DNA of 64,000 nucleotides, taken from the IMG/VR virus record IMGVR_UViG_3300028833_000057, positions 192,001 through 256,000 of that record; one strand, 5' to 3'. Under the pieces are notes generated by a model. The model saw only the letters and a program-made list of their open reading frames with translations. It searched no databases and was not told the origin of the DNA. This DNA comes from a virus (lineage: Duplodnaviria > Caudoviricetes). Shown piece by piece: positions 11,376 through 21,298 of this stretch (the first letter of the stretch is position 1; every line of letters starts with the position of its first letter). The translations under genes were made by a program, and so were the position numbers.

Positions 11376-11444
11376 ATTGTACCTCTTTATTTAATTAAAT
11401 GTAAAAAATATAGAATTACCATTTAAGGTAATTCTATATCTAAA

Positions 11445-12437
11445 TTATTGAGCAGCACTAAGCATTTCATTGAATTTTGATTTTAATTCATTTAGGTATT
11501 GTTCAGCTGCTTCTTGATTGTCAAATGGTTTTAAAGAAGCAAGTATATTATTGTAACAGAATGACATGATTTTAGAAGATAACGTTATATGATTTGTAAT
11601 TGCTTCTCTACGTTTACTAACTATATCTCTGCACGCGTCAGTAAGAACCTTAGAATCAAGACCTTTTTCTTTTGCTTTATTTTCTATAGAGTCTATGTTA
11701 CGGGCAACATTTTCCATTTGATGTTCATTAGATGCTTTTATGTGTTCAAGTTCTTTACCCATTCTTTCAAGAGTCATATTTATACTCTCAATCTCATCTA
11801 AATGACGATTTCTGTTTGGATATGCTTTTACTTGTACAGCATTAATTGAATCTTTTATAGATTTAATGTATTCATTCTGAGAATTTGCTTTTTCCTTTTC
11901 AACAATATTGGAAAATTCTTCAAGAATTTTATTTATATTGCCTGCATCGTTTTGCTGCATAATAGCATCTTCAAATTTAAAAAGTGTAGCGTTAATATTA
12001 TTGAATCTTTTTACTACAAAAGAATCTGGAACATAATCTATGTTGGCTATATAATAAACCATAGAAGAACTAGACCCAGCTGCTTCTGTAGCTTTATTTT
12101 CTTCATTAGGCTTAGCATTAGTATTATTTTCTTCACCAGGTTTGCCAGAAATCTTCTCTTTAATTTTCTGATACATTCCTCTAATAAAAGAAATAAGCTT
12201 ATTAAATAAATTGACAATAATATCTTTAACTTTAAGTGCAAAGGCTTTTAAAGCTCCACCAACTTTCTTAGCAACATCTGCCAATCCTTCATTGGCAATA
12301 ATAGAATAATAATCAATATTAAGGCTACATAATGTAGAATAATATTCCTGTGATGAATTCATTATAGTATTCATGAGTTCAAAATAACTACAAGTTTCTG
12401 TAGCCATAAGATTATGACGTAAATGATCTAAATACAT
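11445..12437 (-). CDS. putative internal head protein (paralog family, ANE/G site)
   Basis: Propeptide, then IANEGL, then amphipathic Lys/Phe helix; resembles ORFs at 39281, 49964 and 51007. Confidence 0.65.
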   Translation of the reverse strand: MYLDHLRHNLMATETCSYFELMNTIMNSSQEYYSTLCSLNIDYYSIIANEGLADVAKKVGGALKAFALKVKDIIVNLFNKLISFIRGMYQKIKEKISGKPGEENNTNAKPNEENKATEAAGSSSSMVYYIANIDYVPDSFVVKRFNNINATLFKFEDAIMQQNDAGNINKILEEFSNIVEKEKANSQNEYIKSIKDSINAVQVKAYPNRNRHLDEIESINMTLERMGKELEHIKASNEHQMENVARNIDSIENKAKEKGLDSKVLTDACRDIVSKRREAITNHITLSSKIMSFCYNNILASLKPFDNQEAAEQYLNELKSKFNEMLSAAQ

Positions 12438-12500
12438 AAAATCCTCTTTAAAAATATTTATAATAATATGTAAAAAAAAAAATAAGGGAAATATTATCCC

Positions 12501-13016
12501 TTATGGTTGTACAATTGTAGCACTATCAAAATATAATCCGGGATAAGACCATCCCATATTTGCAAGTTTCTTATATAATTTCTTGCCTTTATCTGTAAGC
12601 TTAAAATCAAATAATTCTGTACTATTTGCTAATACCCAAGTGAATTTACTATCTGAATCAAGTGGCATATATGAAGAGTATGCAAGCTTCAAACAAAAAC
12701 CTTTAGCTTTTGCTGCTTTCATAATCTGAATAGCAACTTTTGCAAGAGATACTGAAGCTTTGCAAGCATTAAATGTCTTAAAAGGCTTATTCTCATATAC
12801 AACATAATTGCTAATAGTACCGACAATTCCAAAATCGCATTCGCTATTTAGACCATCGGTACCACCACGTAATTCAATATACTTCTTGGATAACTTTTCA
12901 AATTTTTCAATAAGATCAGATCCAGCAATATCTTTTAAAACCGGAATAGGTATACACATTGTTAGATCATCTTTTGTCATAAAGAATTTATCTTCTATTT
13001 TAACCTTTGAAGACAT
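12501..13016 (-). CDS. hypothetical protein
   Basis: 171-aa ORF with GGAG RBS. Confidence 0.65.
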   Translation of the reverse strand: MSSKVKIEDKFFMTKDDLTMCIPIPVLKDIAGSDLIEKFEKLSKKYIELRGGTDGLNSECDFGIVGTISNYVVYENKPFKTFNACKASVSLAKVAIQIMKAAKAKGFCLKLAYSSYMPLDSDSKFTWVLANSTELFDFKLTDKGKKLYKKLANMGWSYPGLYFDSATIVQP

Positions 13017-13383
13017 AGGGCTTTTTCTCCCTTACTAAAAGTGTCTTATTAATTAAATAATGGCGAAGGACTTTAGAATATTTCTTAGGAATAGCCTTGG
13101 GTATAATCTCATTATTTTCCAATTTCTTTTGCCAATAAAGCCAAGAATTATATTCTACGCCATAAATCTCTTTAAAATCTTGTCTATATACTATTAACTG
13201 ATTCTTAGCTTTTTCTTTATGTTTTTGATAAAATCTAGCAGCTCTAGCTGCTTGACTTTCTTTAGGAGTAAGTTTTGGCTTTGGTGCTGGTGTTGTCACA
13301 TTCTTTTGAATAGCCAACATCTTTTCCCAAGAACTAGCAGTTTTCATTTTTGCTATTTGTTGTGCGGTTAACTTTTTTGTCAT
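13000..13383 (-). CDS. small basic hypothetical protein
   Basis: Lys/Arg-rich 127-aa ORF with ATGA overlap to the upstream gene. Confidence 0.65.
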   Translation of the reverse strand: MTKKLTAQQIAKMKTASSWEKMLAIQKNVTTPAPKPKLTPKESQAARAARFYQKHKEKAKNQLIVYRQDFKEIYGVEYNSWLYWQKKLENNEIIPKAIPKKYSKVLRHYLINKTLLVREKKPYVFKG

Positions 13384-13775
13384 GTATTTTCCAGTATTCC
13401 AGATAGAAGTTGATTCCTGATTGCTTCTAATGTTTCTTCATTAAAATCAATAGTATCTCTAACATTACTTAGATCGCTTAAAATTTGAGATCTTCGATCA
13501 TGTTCTCTTATAGATTCGTCACTAAAATAATCTGCATATTCTTCTAAGGCTGTACGTGTGTTTATATAATGCCTAGTGGATAAAAATTCTAATAAACCAA
13601 GTGCACATTTGTCACATAGTACATTATTACGATTTAGTGGTGTCATATTTCTATTTGAAAGTATCATAAATGTACCTTCATTAGCTTTTAATCTGGCACC
13701 ACATATACAAAATTCTTTATTAATCGTCAGGTTTTCCGGACGAAATATGTTCTTCTTTTTCAGTTCTTCTGACAT
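13380..13775 (-). CDS. hypothetical protein with CxC/CxxC (possible Zn binding)
   Basis: FCICG...LCDKC. Confidence 0.6.
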   Translation of the reverse strand: MSEELKKKNIFRPENLTINKEFCICGARLKANEGTFMILSNRNMTPLNRNNVLCDKCALGLLEFLSTRHYINTRTALEEYADYFSDESIREHDRRSQILSDLSNVRDTIDFNEETLEAIRNQLLSGILENT

Positions 13776-13971
13776 GATGAGTATTCCCTGCTATAATAAG
13801 AGATGTAATAATATATGCAATCAAAAATCTATATGCCCAATGAATATCAAAGATTATTCCAACAAACTTGTAAAATATATAAATTATGCATGACAAAACT
13901 AGAATAAGATTCAGTTTAGGAATCCCATACTTTTCAACGCACTTTATATTTTCATCATTCTTATTTTCCAT
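13720..13971 (-). CDS. small membrane protein
   Basis: Two hydrophobic segments; GAGGA RBS before ATG at 13971. Confidence 0.5.
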   Translation of the reverse strand: MENKNDENIKCVEKYGIPKLNLILVLSCIIYIFYKFVGIIFDIHWAYRFLIAYIITSLIIAGNTHHVRRTEKEEHISSGKPDD

Positions 13972-14040
13972 ACTTCCTCGCAAATGAAAAATTAATGAAT
14001 CATGGAGAACCATGATTCATTAATTAATATAAGAGTCTAA

Positions 14041-15870
14041 TTAGACTTCCGTGTCAGTCGGGAGGTAGCTAGAAGTACCAGCGAAGCTATATTCACGATA
14101 GCTGTTGTTGGTAATCACGATACGGCCCTGGCATGCAAGGATCTTCTCAAAGGCATAACGTCTATGAGCAATGATACCCGGCACGTTCTGAGCATTCGGG
14201 TTGAGGTAGCCGTTACCCGGCTGTTCAACCGTGAAGCTGTACGGGAAGAACTTCATCGTCATCTGGTCTTCAGCAGTCGGGATGAAGTACACACGGAGGT
14301 TGCCCTGCGGAACGTTCGGAGAGGACACAACGTTGTAGTTGTAAGCACCACGGAACGTACCAGTAGCATACTGCGTAGGAACGCCAGCCATTTCACGACC
14401 ATTACCTTCGAAAGACCAAGTCACTTCAGGAATGAGCATGGTATCGAGCGGGTTGCCGAGAATCACGAAGTAACCAACTTCGAAGTGGAGATGGTTAATG
14501 AGATCCTGAGCAAGATGATCGAGGACGATTCTGATTTCCTTTCTCCATTCAGAAGGCGGAATCAGAGTATTGCCAACCGGCTTGGCAGAGAACTTACGGA
14601 TAAAGCGACCGTTAGACTTGGTAAGGAATTCATCTGTGGTTTCATCAATGAACTTGATACCATCAAGGTCAAGCTTCTGAGCGAGAGTATTGGAGATGAT
14701 GTCAACAACCTTGGTCACACCAGAGAAAGAATACATCTTCAGAAGGTCAGTAATGTATTCATTCGGCACAGTGGCACTGATGTGCGGAGCAGTAGCGACA
14801 TGCACTTCCTTATCAATCACGTCGAAGTTGACTTCAGTCGTGTAGTTGTTCATAACAGAGGACACGAAGGCATCGATAACAACGTATTCAACCTTGCCAC
14901 CAACAGAAGTGATGGTGAAACGACCAGACTGGAGATCAGCTTCAGCAAAGATCGTATCAATGATTTCAACCTTAACCTTCGGATCGGCACCAGTAATACC
15001 GAGAGAAGCAGAATCAACTTCGAGCTCAAGACGAACGAGATCCTTGAAGGAGTTGTTACGAGTAGCCATGTTGATCTTGACTTCAGCAATGAGGTCAGCA
15101 TCTGAAAGCTTCTCGCCATCAACTTCGATATCAGCAGCAGTCTTACCAGCAACAACAGCACCATTATAAATAACGGTAGAAGTCTTTGCAAACTTCACCT
15201 GACGGACAGAAATGTCACGGTCAAGTTCGTCATTGTCCCTAACCTTATCGATAGCTTCAGCATAACCATCATTGGTAGCATTAGTATCGAAATCGGTAGC
15301 AGTGTCCTTGCCGAGTTCGTCAAGGGTCTTACCAGTGAGCAGGTTCACAGAAGCGAAACCGCCGGTAAGAGCGATAGGAACATCCTTAGCAAGCTGGATC
15401 TTGGCAACAGCGTCACCAAACTTGTCGAGATCTTCAGGCACGAAGAGCTTCTTGCCATCAGAGTTACGGATCCACGGCTGGAGGTAAGTAATCGTGAACT
15501 TCGGCTGTTCGACAGCTTCAGTCGGAAGAGCCTTCGGCATAGCGAGCTTAGCCCAAGACTTACGAAGCATCGGGTTAGCAAGGTAAGACATCGGAGCGAT
15601 GTTACCGAGAGAAGCAGATTCGAGGGCAACTTCACGGTTGTTGTTAGCCATGATCTTGAAGTTATCAGCATCATCCTGATTGAATTCTTCAGCAAGCATG
15701 TCAACGTAACGAGAGAAGTAAGAGTCGTCACGGAGAACTTCCTGGAAGCCATCACCGAAGATGTTGATGTCCTGAGCCTTAAATTCATCATAAGTATTAT
15801 GAAGAATCTGGCTAAAGCCGTCATTGACGGACGCATTCGGGCGCGCAGCCTTTGTATACATAATAGCCAT
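14041..15870 (-). CDS. major capsid protein precursor
   Basis: 609 aa with the strongest high-expression codon bias in the window; propeptide ending VALE/S; C-terminal YNVVSSPNVP...HRRYAFE resembles jumbo-phage MCPs. Confidence 0.8.
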   Translation of the reverse strand: MAIMYTKAARPNASVNDGFSQILHNTYDEFKAQDINIFGDGFQEVLRDDSYFSRYVDMLAEEFNQDDADNFKIMANNNREVALESASLGNIAPMSYLANPMLRKSWAKLAMPKALPTEAVEQPKFTITYLQPWIRNSDGKKLFVPEDLDKFGDAVAKIQLAKDVPIALTGGFASVNLLTGKTLDELGKDTATDFDTNATNDGYAEAIDKVRDNDELDRDISVRQVKFAKTSTVIYNGAVVAGKTAADIEVDGEKLSDADLIAEVKINMATRNNSFKDLVRLELEVDSASLGITGADPKVKVEIIDTIFAEADLQSGRFTITSVGGKVEYVVIDAFVSSVMNNYTTEVNFDVIDKEVHVATAPHISATVPNEYITDLLKMYSFSGVTKVVDIISNTLAQKLDLDGIKFIDETTDEFLTKSNGRFIRKFSAKPVGNTLIPPSEWRKEIRIVLDHLAQDLINHLHFEVGYFVILGNPLDTMLIPEVTWSFEGNGREMAGVPTQYATGTFRGAYNYNVVSSPNVPQGNLRVYFIPTAEDQMTMKFFPYSFTVEQPGNGYLNPNAQNVPGIIAHRRYAFEKILACQGRIVITNNSYREYSFAGTSSYLPTDTEV

Positions 15871-16120
15871 AGTATTACCTATATAGATTATTGTGTTTGC
15901 TTCCGGGGAAATCCTAAACTAACCCTATAGTCAACGTGTGGCTACATTTATAACGAGTTAGACAGAAGCGATTCTAATATTGAGTTAGATTGGAGTTGTG
16001 TAAAGTTTAATAATTTTGCGTCGTATGGCTATTATTTTAGAAATTTTCATAAATTGTATATAAATAAATAACTAAATAATTTACTTATAAAAAAAATAAA
16101 AGCTCTAATGAGCTTTTATT

Positions 16121-16498
16121 TTAAACTAGAGTATAATATTCGACAATATATGCTATATTTTCATTAGCATCAACACCACGCCAATAATTTCCATCTTCTT
16201 CAATGTCATCATCAGGTTCTATTGATCCTTGATCTTCAAGTTCTTTTATAGCAGTTTTAAATGCTCGCTTACACTGTTTTTCACCGCCTATAGCTACAAT
16301 TCTTACATCAGGGTCTTCTCTACTTGCACCATAAGCTTTAACTATAGTAGTTACATATAGATGCTCTACATGTTTTTTATACATAAATGCAGATCCATCT
16401 AATCTATTTTCATCATGATATGCCTTAGCAGTATCTGAATCTAAACAGATAAAAGTATTTGGATCTTTAGTTACTAATGTTATTGATAATTTGGGCAT
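16121..16498 (-). CDS. hypothetical protein
   Basis: 125-aa ORF with GGAG RBS. Confidence 0.65.
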   Translation of the reverse strand: MPKLSITLVTKDPNTFICLDSDTAKAYHDENRLDGSAFMYKKHVEHLYVTTIVKAYGASREDPDVRIVAIGGEKQCKRAFKTAIKELEDQGSIEPDDDIEEDGNYWRGVDANENIAYIVEYYTLV

Positions 16499-16511
16499 AA
16501 AACATTCACTC

Positions 16512-16832
16512 CTATTTCATCATGTCTTTAATATATTCTAATGCCTTATCAAAAATCTCTTCATTTTCGCATACTCTTGTATCATAAAAAATACTTCCAG
16601 TTTCATATGCATTAGGAAATCCTAATTCTTCGAAGTAATTCCCTGCTTTACAACGACGGGAACTTCCCTGAAAATCAAACATGAAACCATGATCAGTTTC
16701 TGATTGCCTTACATGTAAACTACAACCTTTTGCTTCTACATTAATAGTCTTAAAAGGTGGTTGATCTATCTCATCTTTATTTTCGTCAACTTCTACTTTG
16801 AAGTATTTTGCAAGTTTATTTATATTTACCAT
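16512..16832 (-). CDS. hypothetical protein
   Basis: 106-aa ORF with AGGAG RBS; TTATATTAA motif upstream. Confidence 0.65.
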   Translation of the reverse strand: MVNINKLAKYFKVEVDENKDEIDQPPFKTINVEAKGCSLHVRQSETDHGFMFDFQGSSRRCKAGNYFEELGFPNAYETGSIFYDTRVCENEEIFDKALEYIKDMMK

Positions 16833-16915
16833 AATGGCTCCTGGAATATATAACGAAATTGTTATACGATATTTAATATAAAAGAGATATAGGGACTACC
16901 TATATCTCTTCTAAA

Positions 16916-17704
16916 TTATTTTTGAGGGTTTTGTTTTGCTTTTCTGACTTTTTCAAGCGCAGCAACAAACGTCTGAATTTTCTTATTAATAATTTCATAT
17001 AATTCTTCAAGCTTTTCTTTATCTGCAGTCTTGAAATTTAAAGCCATAGCAAATTCAAGCTGACCAGATGTCTTAATTAATTCTTGCTTAATTCGAAGTA
17101 CTACATTTCGATCTTCAATGCTTAAGGCATAATCTATGAACCCCTGCATACCATTAATAAGACTTTCAGTCATTGCAGCTAGTCTTTTATAATTCTTAAA
17201 TAGATGAATTCTTTCACTTATATCCTTATTCTTTTCATCTTTTTCTTCTTCATTTTTATGTGGTTCAACATTACCCGAACCACCTGCTGGTGTAGAGCTA
17301 CCACCGCCACCAGCATCTGGATCAGATCCTTTAGTGTAATCTGGATCATTACCTTCATCACTACCAGCATCTGGGTTGCTATCATCTCCACCTGCATTGG
17401 CATCAGGATCGCTTTCAGAATCTTTATCATTACCACCGGCATCAGGATCATTATTTTTATCATCATTGCCAGCATCAGGATCATTATCTGCGTCATCATC
17501 GTCTGCACCAGCATCTGGATCATTCGCATCTGCTTCAAGTGCATTAGAAAAAGTACTAGCAAATTCATTACTGAATTTATCTAACTCATTAGCAAAATTT
17601 ATCGTTTTGGAGTTAAATAATTCCTGAATAGCATCTGAACGATCCATTTCGGACATATTCATAAAGTTGTATAAGAATTCATCATTCATAGTGTACCCTT
17701 GCAA
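16916..17704 (-). CDS. acidic repeat protein, putative head component
   Basis: ALE/AD site followed by ~7 (N/S)DPDAG-like repeats and a helical C-terminus. Confidence 0.6.
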   Translation of the reverse strand: MQGYTMNDEFLYNFMNMSEMDRSDAIQELFNSKTINFANELDKFSNEFASTFSNALEADANDPDAGADDDDADNDPDAGNDDKNNDPDAGGNDKDSESDPDANAGGDDSNPDAGSDEGNDPDYTKGSDPDAGGGGSSTPAGGSGNVEPHKNEEEKDEKNKDISERIHLFKNYKRLAAMTESLINGMQGFIDYALSIEDRNVVLRIKQELIKTSGQLEFAMALNFKTADKEKLEELYEIINKKIQTFVAALEKVRKAKQNPQK

Positions 17705-17746
17705 AAATAATGTGCAAGAGAATTTCTCTCTTGCACTTTAGTTAAA

Positions 17747-18052
17747 TTACTTAGACATCTTTTCCTTCAGAGCCTTAGCATTGCGGAAAGAAACGCTAGA
17801 GCTGGCCTGAATATCGACGTAGGTCTTCTTGATCGGATCATAACCCTTGCGAGCCGGACGATCCTGCTTCTTGAAGACACCGAAACCATCGATACGAACG
17901 GTCTTCTTTTCCTTGATATGATCAGTGACAGCATCAAAGACAGCCTTGATAGCGGTGGCAGCTTCAATCTGAGTAATCTTCAAAGTAGAAGCCACTGCAC
18001 GACGGAGTTCAGTAGCCGGAGAATATTTCTTGGAAGTTTGCTTGTTAGCCAT
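17747..18052 (-). CDS. hup: HU/IHF family DNA-binding protein
   Basis: VRIDGFGVF...RPARKGYDP...VSFR...LKE signature. Confidence 0.93.
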   Translation of the reverse strand: MANKQTSKKYSPATELRRAVASTLKITQIEAATAIKAVFDAVTDHIKEKKTVRIDGFGVFKKQDRPARKGYDPIKKTYVDIQASSSVSFRNAKALKEKMSK

Positions 18053-18185
18053 AATTGTATCCTTTGTTTTTGGATGTGAATGAATTTCAATTTAGTGTTT
18101 TATTCGTAAATAATGAATTTTATATTATAAATAGAAAATTCTTATTAACGAACATATCAATTGTTCAACCTCAAGGAGATACTCA

Positions 18186-19664
18186 ATGAGTATGTTAACA
18201 GAATGGTATGCTCAATACCAGGCTAAAAATCCCGAAGTATTTAATGAGAATTTCATATTTAATAGAGATAAAGAAGAAAATATGAAATCCATCTTAGAAT
18301 CCATAGCCATGGCTCTAGAATCTATTCCTAACATTAAGTTCACTGGCTGTGAAATTGAAGAGGACGAATCTAAGTTTACGGATTTGCATAAGATTGAAGA
18401 ATCAAGATTGATCCAAGCAACCTTATCTTTCCATATAGAGTGCGAAGATTCTGCTACAGGTGAAATTGAGAAACAAGATGTATCTATAAAATTGTTATTA
18501 CCCAAGCTTATAGATAATTTCTATTATAAGTTAAATGGGGTAAGATATTATGCCATTTATCAAATGATTGATAAAGGTACATTCAATATCAATAACGGCT
18601 ACTCTCTTGGCCTCAAAACTATGTTAATGCCGTTTATGCTAAATCGTAACGACATTGAAATTATCGACCTAGAAGGTGAAGTTCATAAGGGTCGATTAAT
18701 GGAACTGGATGTTTTTAGAAGAAAAGTAAATATCCTATTATACTTTATATCTGAATGTGGTCTTGAAGAAACATTACAGTTCTTTGGTCATCATGAATCT
18801 ATTAGATTAAGTGATAGACCTGAATCTGAAGAGGACGAAATAGGTTTTGAACTGCGCAAGAAATTACTTTACTTGCATGTTAAAAAAGAATTCTTAGATG
18901 AGGATAATTGGTTTGTATCTTCACTAGTTCATCTCTTTATAAAGAGCAAATGTAGTTCCATAGAAGAAGCATCTCATCCCGACTTCTGGAATTACATCTT
19001 AGGTAAAATTTATACACCAAACAAAGACCAGGCAATTAAGAAAGCATATAAGATTCATTGTTCCGTCCGTCGTATTCTAGATAGTTGTACTGTTGAAAAT
19101 ATGGTACATGTTGATCCAAGAGATAAAAAATCTATCTATCATATCTTTAGATGGATGCTAATCTATTTCGATCAGTTATCTAGAGAAGACAATATGGATC
19201 TAAAGAATAAGCGCTTAAGACTTTTCGAATATATACTTTACCCGTTAACGAAAAAGCTTTCAACAGAAACGTACAGATGCTTAAATACAAAGAAACTCAC
19301 AATGAAAACATTGCTGTCTATCTTTAGTAATATTAAGCCAAATCTATGTACAAGACAACTAATTACAAGCGAACTTCTTAGATATGTTAACTGTGTTAAT
19401 TGCTTAGACTTATTCTCTTCTGCAATGAAAATTACACAGAGTGGGCCTCAAGGTTTATCTAGTACAAACGTACAGACAAGATACAGAGGTCTTCATCCGT
19501 CTTATATAGGTAAAGTTGGACTTCATGCAGCATCTGCAGGTGATCCCGGTATGGTACTGACTATGACGCCATTTGCCCAACTCGACGGTCTGTTCTTTGA
19601 TAAAACGATTCAATATAGAACGGATAAGAACTTACCAGATGATATTCATCTTCTTGAGTTCTAA
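18186..19664 (+). CDS. RNA polymerase beta N-terminal subunit (split)
   Basis: LPKL...YKLNGVRYYAIYQ and RGLHPSYIGKV...GDPG resemble beta FxINGxExV and RDVHPSHYGR motifs. Confidence 0.85.
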   Translation: MSMLTEWYAQYQAKNPEVFNENFIFNRDKEENMKSILESIAMALESIPNIKFTGCEIEEDESKFTDLHKIEESRLIQATLSFHIECEDSATGEIEKQDVSIKLLLPKLIDNFYYKLNGVRYYAIYQMIDKGTFNINNGYSLGLKTMLMPFMLNRNDIEIIDLEGEVHKGRLMELDVFRRKVNILLYFISECGLEETLQFFGHHESIRLSDRPESEEDEIGFELRKKLLYLHVKKEFLDEDNWFVSSLVHLFIKSKCSSIEEASHPDFWNYILGKIYTPNKDQAIKKAYKIHCSVRRILDSCTVENMVHVDPRDKKSIYHIFRWMLIYFDQLSREDNMDLKNKRLRLFEYILYPLTKKLSTETYRCLNTKKLTMKTLLSIFSNIKPNLCTRQLITSELLRYVNCVNCLDLFSSAMKITQSGPQGLSSTNVQTRYRGLHPSYIGKVGLHAASAGDPGMVLTMTPFAQLDGLFFDKTIQYRTDKNLPDDIHLLEF

Positions 19665-19688
19665 TAAAAATAAAATAGCAGACAACTG

Positions 19689-19958
19689 CTATTTTATTTT
19701 TTCAGCAATATGAATACAATTCATACAATTAGAGTAATGATTAGGAAAGCTCCAGCATGTCCAACATCTATCACAAGACTGCCTTGCTTTTTCTATTTTT
19801 CGCATCATTATATTTTTAGGATCATTACGTTCCTTCAAATATGCAGCTTTTCTTCTTTCATATATCTCTTTATTTTCTTCTGAAACAAAAAAGAAATTCC
19901 AAGAATCCGGATCTGCTATCCGCACGATATTATTACTATCGTCTGTAGGTTGATGCAT
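19689..19958 (-). CDS. hypothetical Cys-rich protein
   Basis: CxxCxxC...CxxC C-terminus. Confidence 0.55.
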   Translation of the reverse strand: MHQPTDDSNNIVRIADPDSWNFFFVSEENKEIYERRKAAYLKERNDPKNIMMRKIEKARQSCDRCWTCWSFPNHYSNCMNCIHIAEKIK

Positions 19959-19959
19959 A

Positions 19960-21075
19960 CTAATTCCTCAATTTAATTGGATCATATTTCATTGAAAGAG
20001 TTTGAATACGAACATCGCCGGAAATTGCGATATATTCAATTATACCGTTATTTAAAACGCCTTTAAAGCATGTATATTTCTTTCTCTGATAAGTAATTAC
20101 GCATATGCCCATTTTAATAATTCTCAGGAATGATTCTTTTGCACCGTCAATAAAGCTATTAAAATCATCATCTGTATCAAATGTAATTATATGCGTATCA
20201 TTACTCTGAATATAAATACTACCAGTGTTTATATCATAATTTACCATTAAACCTAAATTCTTACGACTATTATCATCAAGCATATAATTTATATCATCAA
20301 TAGTACTTCTTAATTTCATAAGATCTACTTTGACTTTATTTACGCTATCTTTAACTTTTAGCTTTAATTTATTATCTTGGTGATAAGATTTAACGGTAAT
20401 ATTATTACCTATGCCATCATTAAGATTAACTTTTAAGTTAAATTGAGATATACCTTTATAATCTGTAATCTTTGTATCACTTTCAGACATAATCGGTTCT
20501 ATATCATAAGTATTGATACACATAAAATCTGCATCTGCATTTATGTCTGCAAAGCTTACTATTTTATTATAAAGTACAATTAAATCTCCATAGCCATCTA
20601 AATTGATAATGTAATTTTTATTATCAAAATTTTCCATAAATGGCATGGTATCTATAAATTTATAGAATCCTTCTTCAAAATCAAAAAATGCATATCTTAG
20701 ATTTACTTTTCCAAGATTAGTTTGATAAATAATTTTACCTTCCGGCGTTACATTAAATCTTACAATTATGATAGATTTATTATTTACTGCTTTATATTTT
20801 ATCAAATTAGCTTCTCTTGGAGCATATAATAATGATATACATATATTATCTGCTTCTGTAGATACTTCGCCTTTATTTAATACTTCTACATACTTTAAAT
20901 AAAGGCGTTTATTACCATTTAAAGGATAAACTTCAGTAATTGGCATATTTCCTTGTGAAAAATATTCCAATACTTTATACATTTTTTTCCAATGGTATCT
21001 TAAGAGATATAAGTCATAAGGCTTATAATCTCTTATCCATCCTAATAGTAAGAGTAATTTACGTAGTGTTTTCAT
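19960..21075 (-). CDS. hypothetical protein
   Basis: 371-aa ORF. Confidence 0.65.
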   Translation of the reverse strand: MKTLRKLLLLLGWIRDYKPYDLYLLRYHWKKMYKVLEYFSQGNMPITEVYPLNGNKRLYLKYVEVLNKGEVSTEADNICISLLYAPREANLIKYKAVNNKSIIIVRFNVTPEGKIIYQTNLGKVNLRYAFFDFEEGFYKFIDTMPFMENFDNKNYIINLDGYGDLIVLYNKIVSFADINADADFMCINTYDIEPIMSESDTKITDYKGISQFNLKVNLNDGIGNNITVKSYHQDNKLKLKVKDSVNKVKVDLMKLRSTIDDINYMLDDNSRKNLGLMVNYDINTGSIYIQSNDTHIITFDTDDDFNSFIDGAKESFLRIIKMGICVITYQRKKYTCFKGVLNNGIIEYIAISGDVRIQTLSMKYDPIKLRN

Positions 21076-21161
21076 ATTGCTTTGTTGGTTAGATCAAGAT
21101 TATGTTAAATACCAAGAATAATTACTTTAGGCTGCAAAAACGAAAATTTCGCATAATAATC

Positions 21162-21253
21162 TTAAATAATTTTAAATAAATATTTTTAAATAAAAATATT
21201 AAAAAATAAATAATAAAAATATATTTAAAAATATAATAATAAAAATTTTTAAA
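21162..21253. other. 92-bp tract containing only A and T
   Basis: No G or C between 21162 and 21253, in a divergent intergenic region. Confidence 0.9.
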
Positions 21254-21298
21254 CTTAAATATGATAAGAAAAATATTCAAAATTAATAGGATAAATTT

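Noticed and set aside
14164-15105. 313-aa antisense ORF over the capsid gene (and similar ones over the sheath, e.g. 3309-4130)
   Set aside because: Shadow frames produced by strong codon bias of the sense gene; no RBS or motifs recognised.
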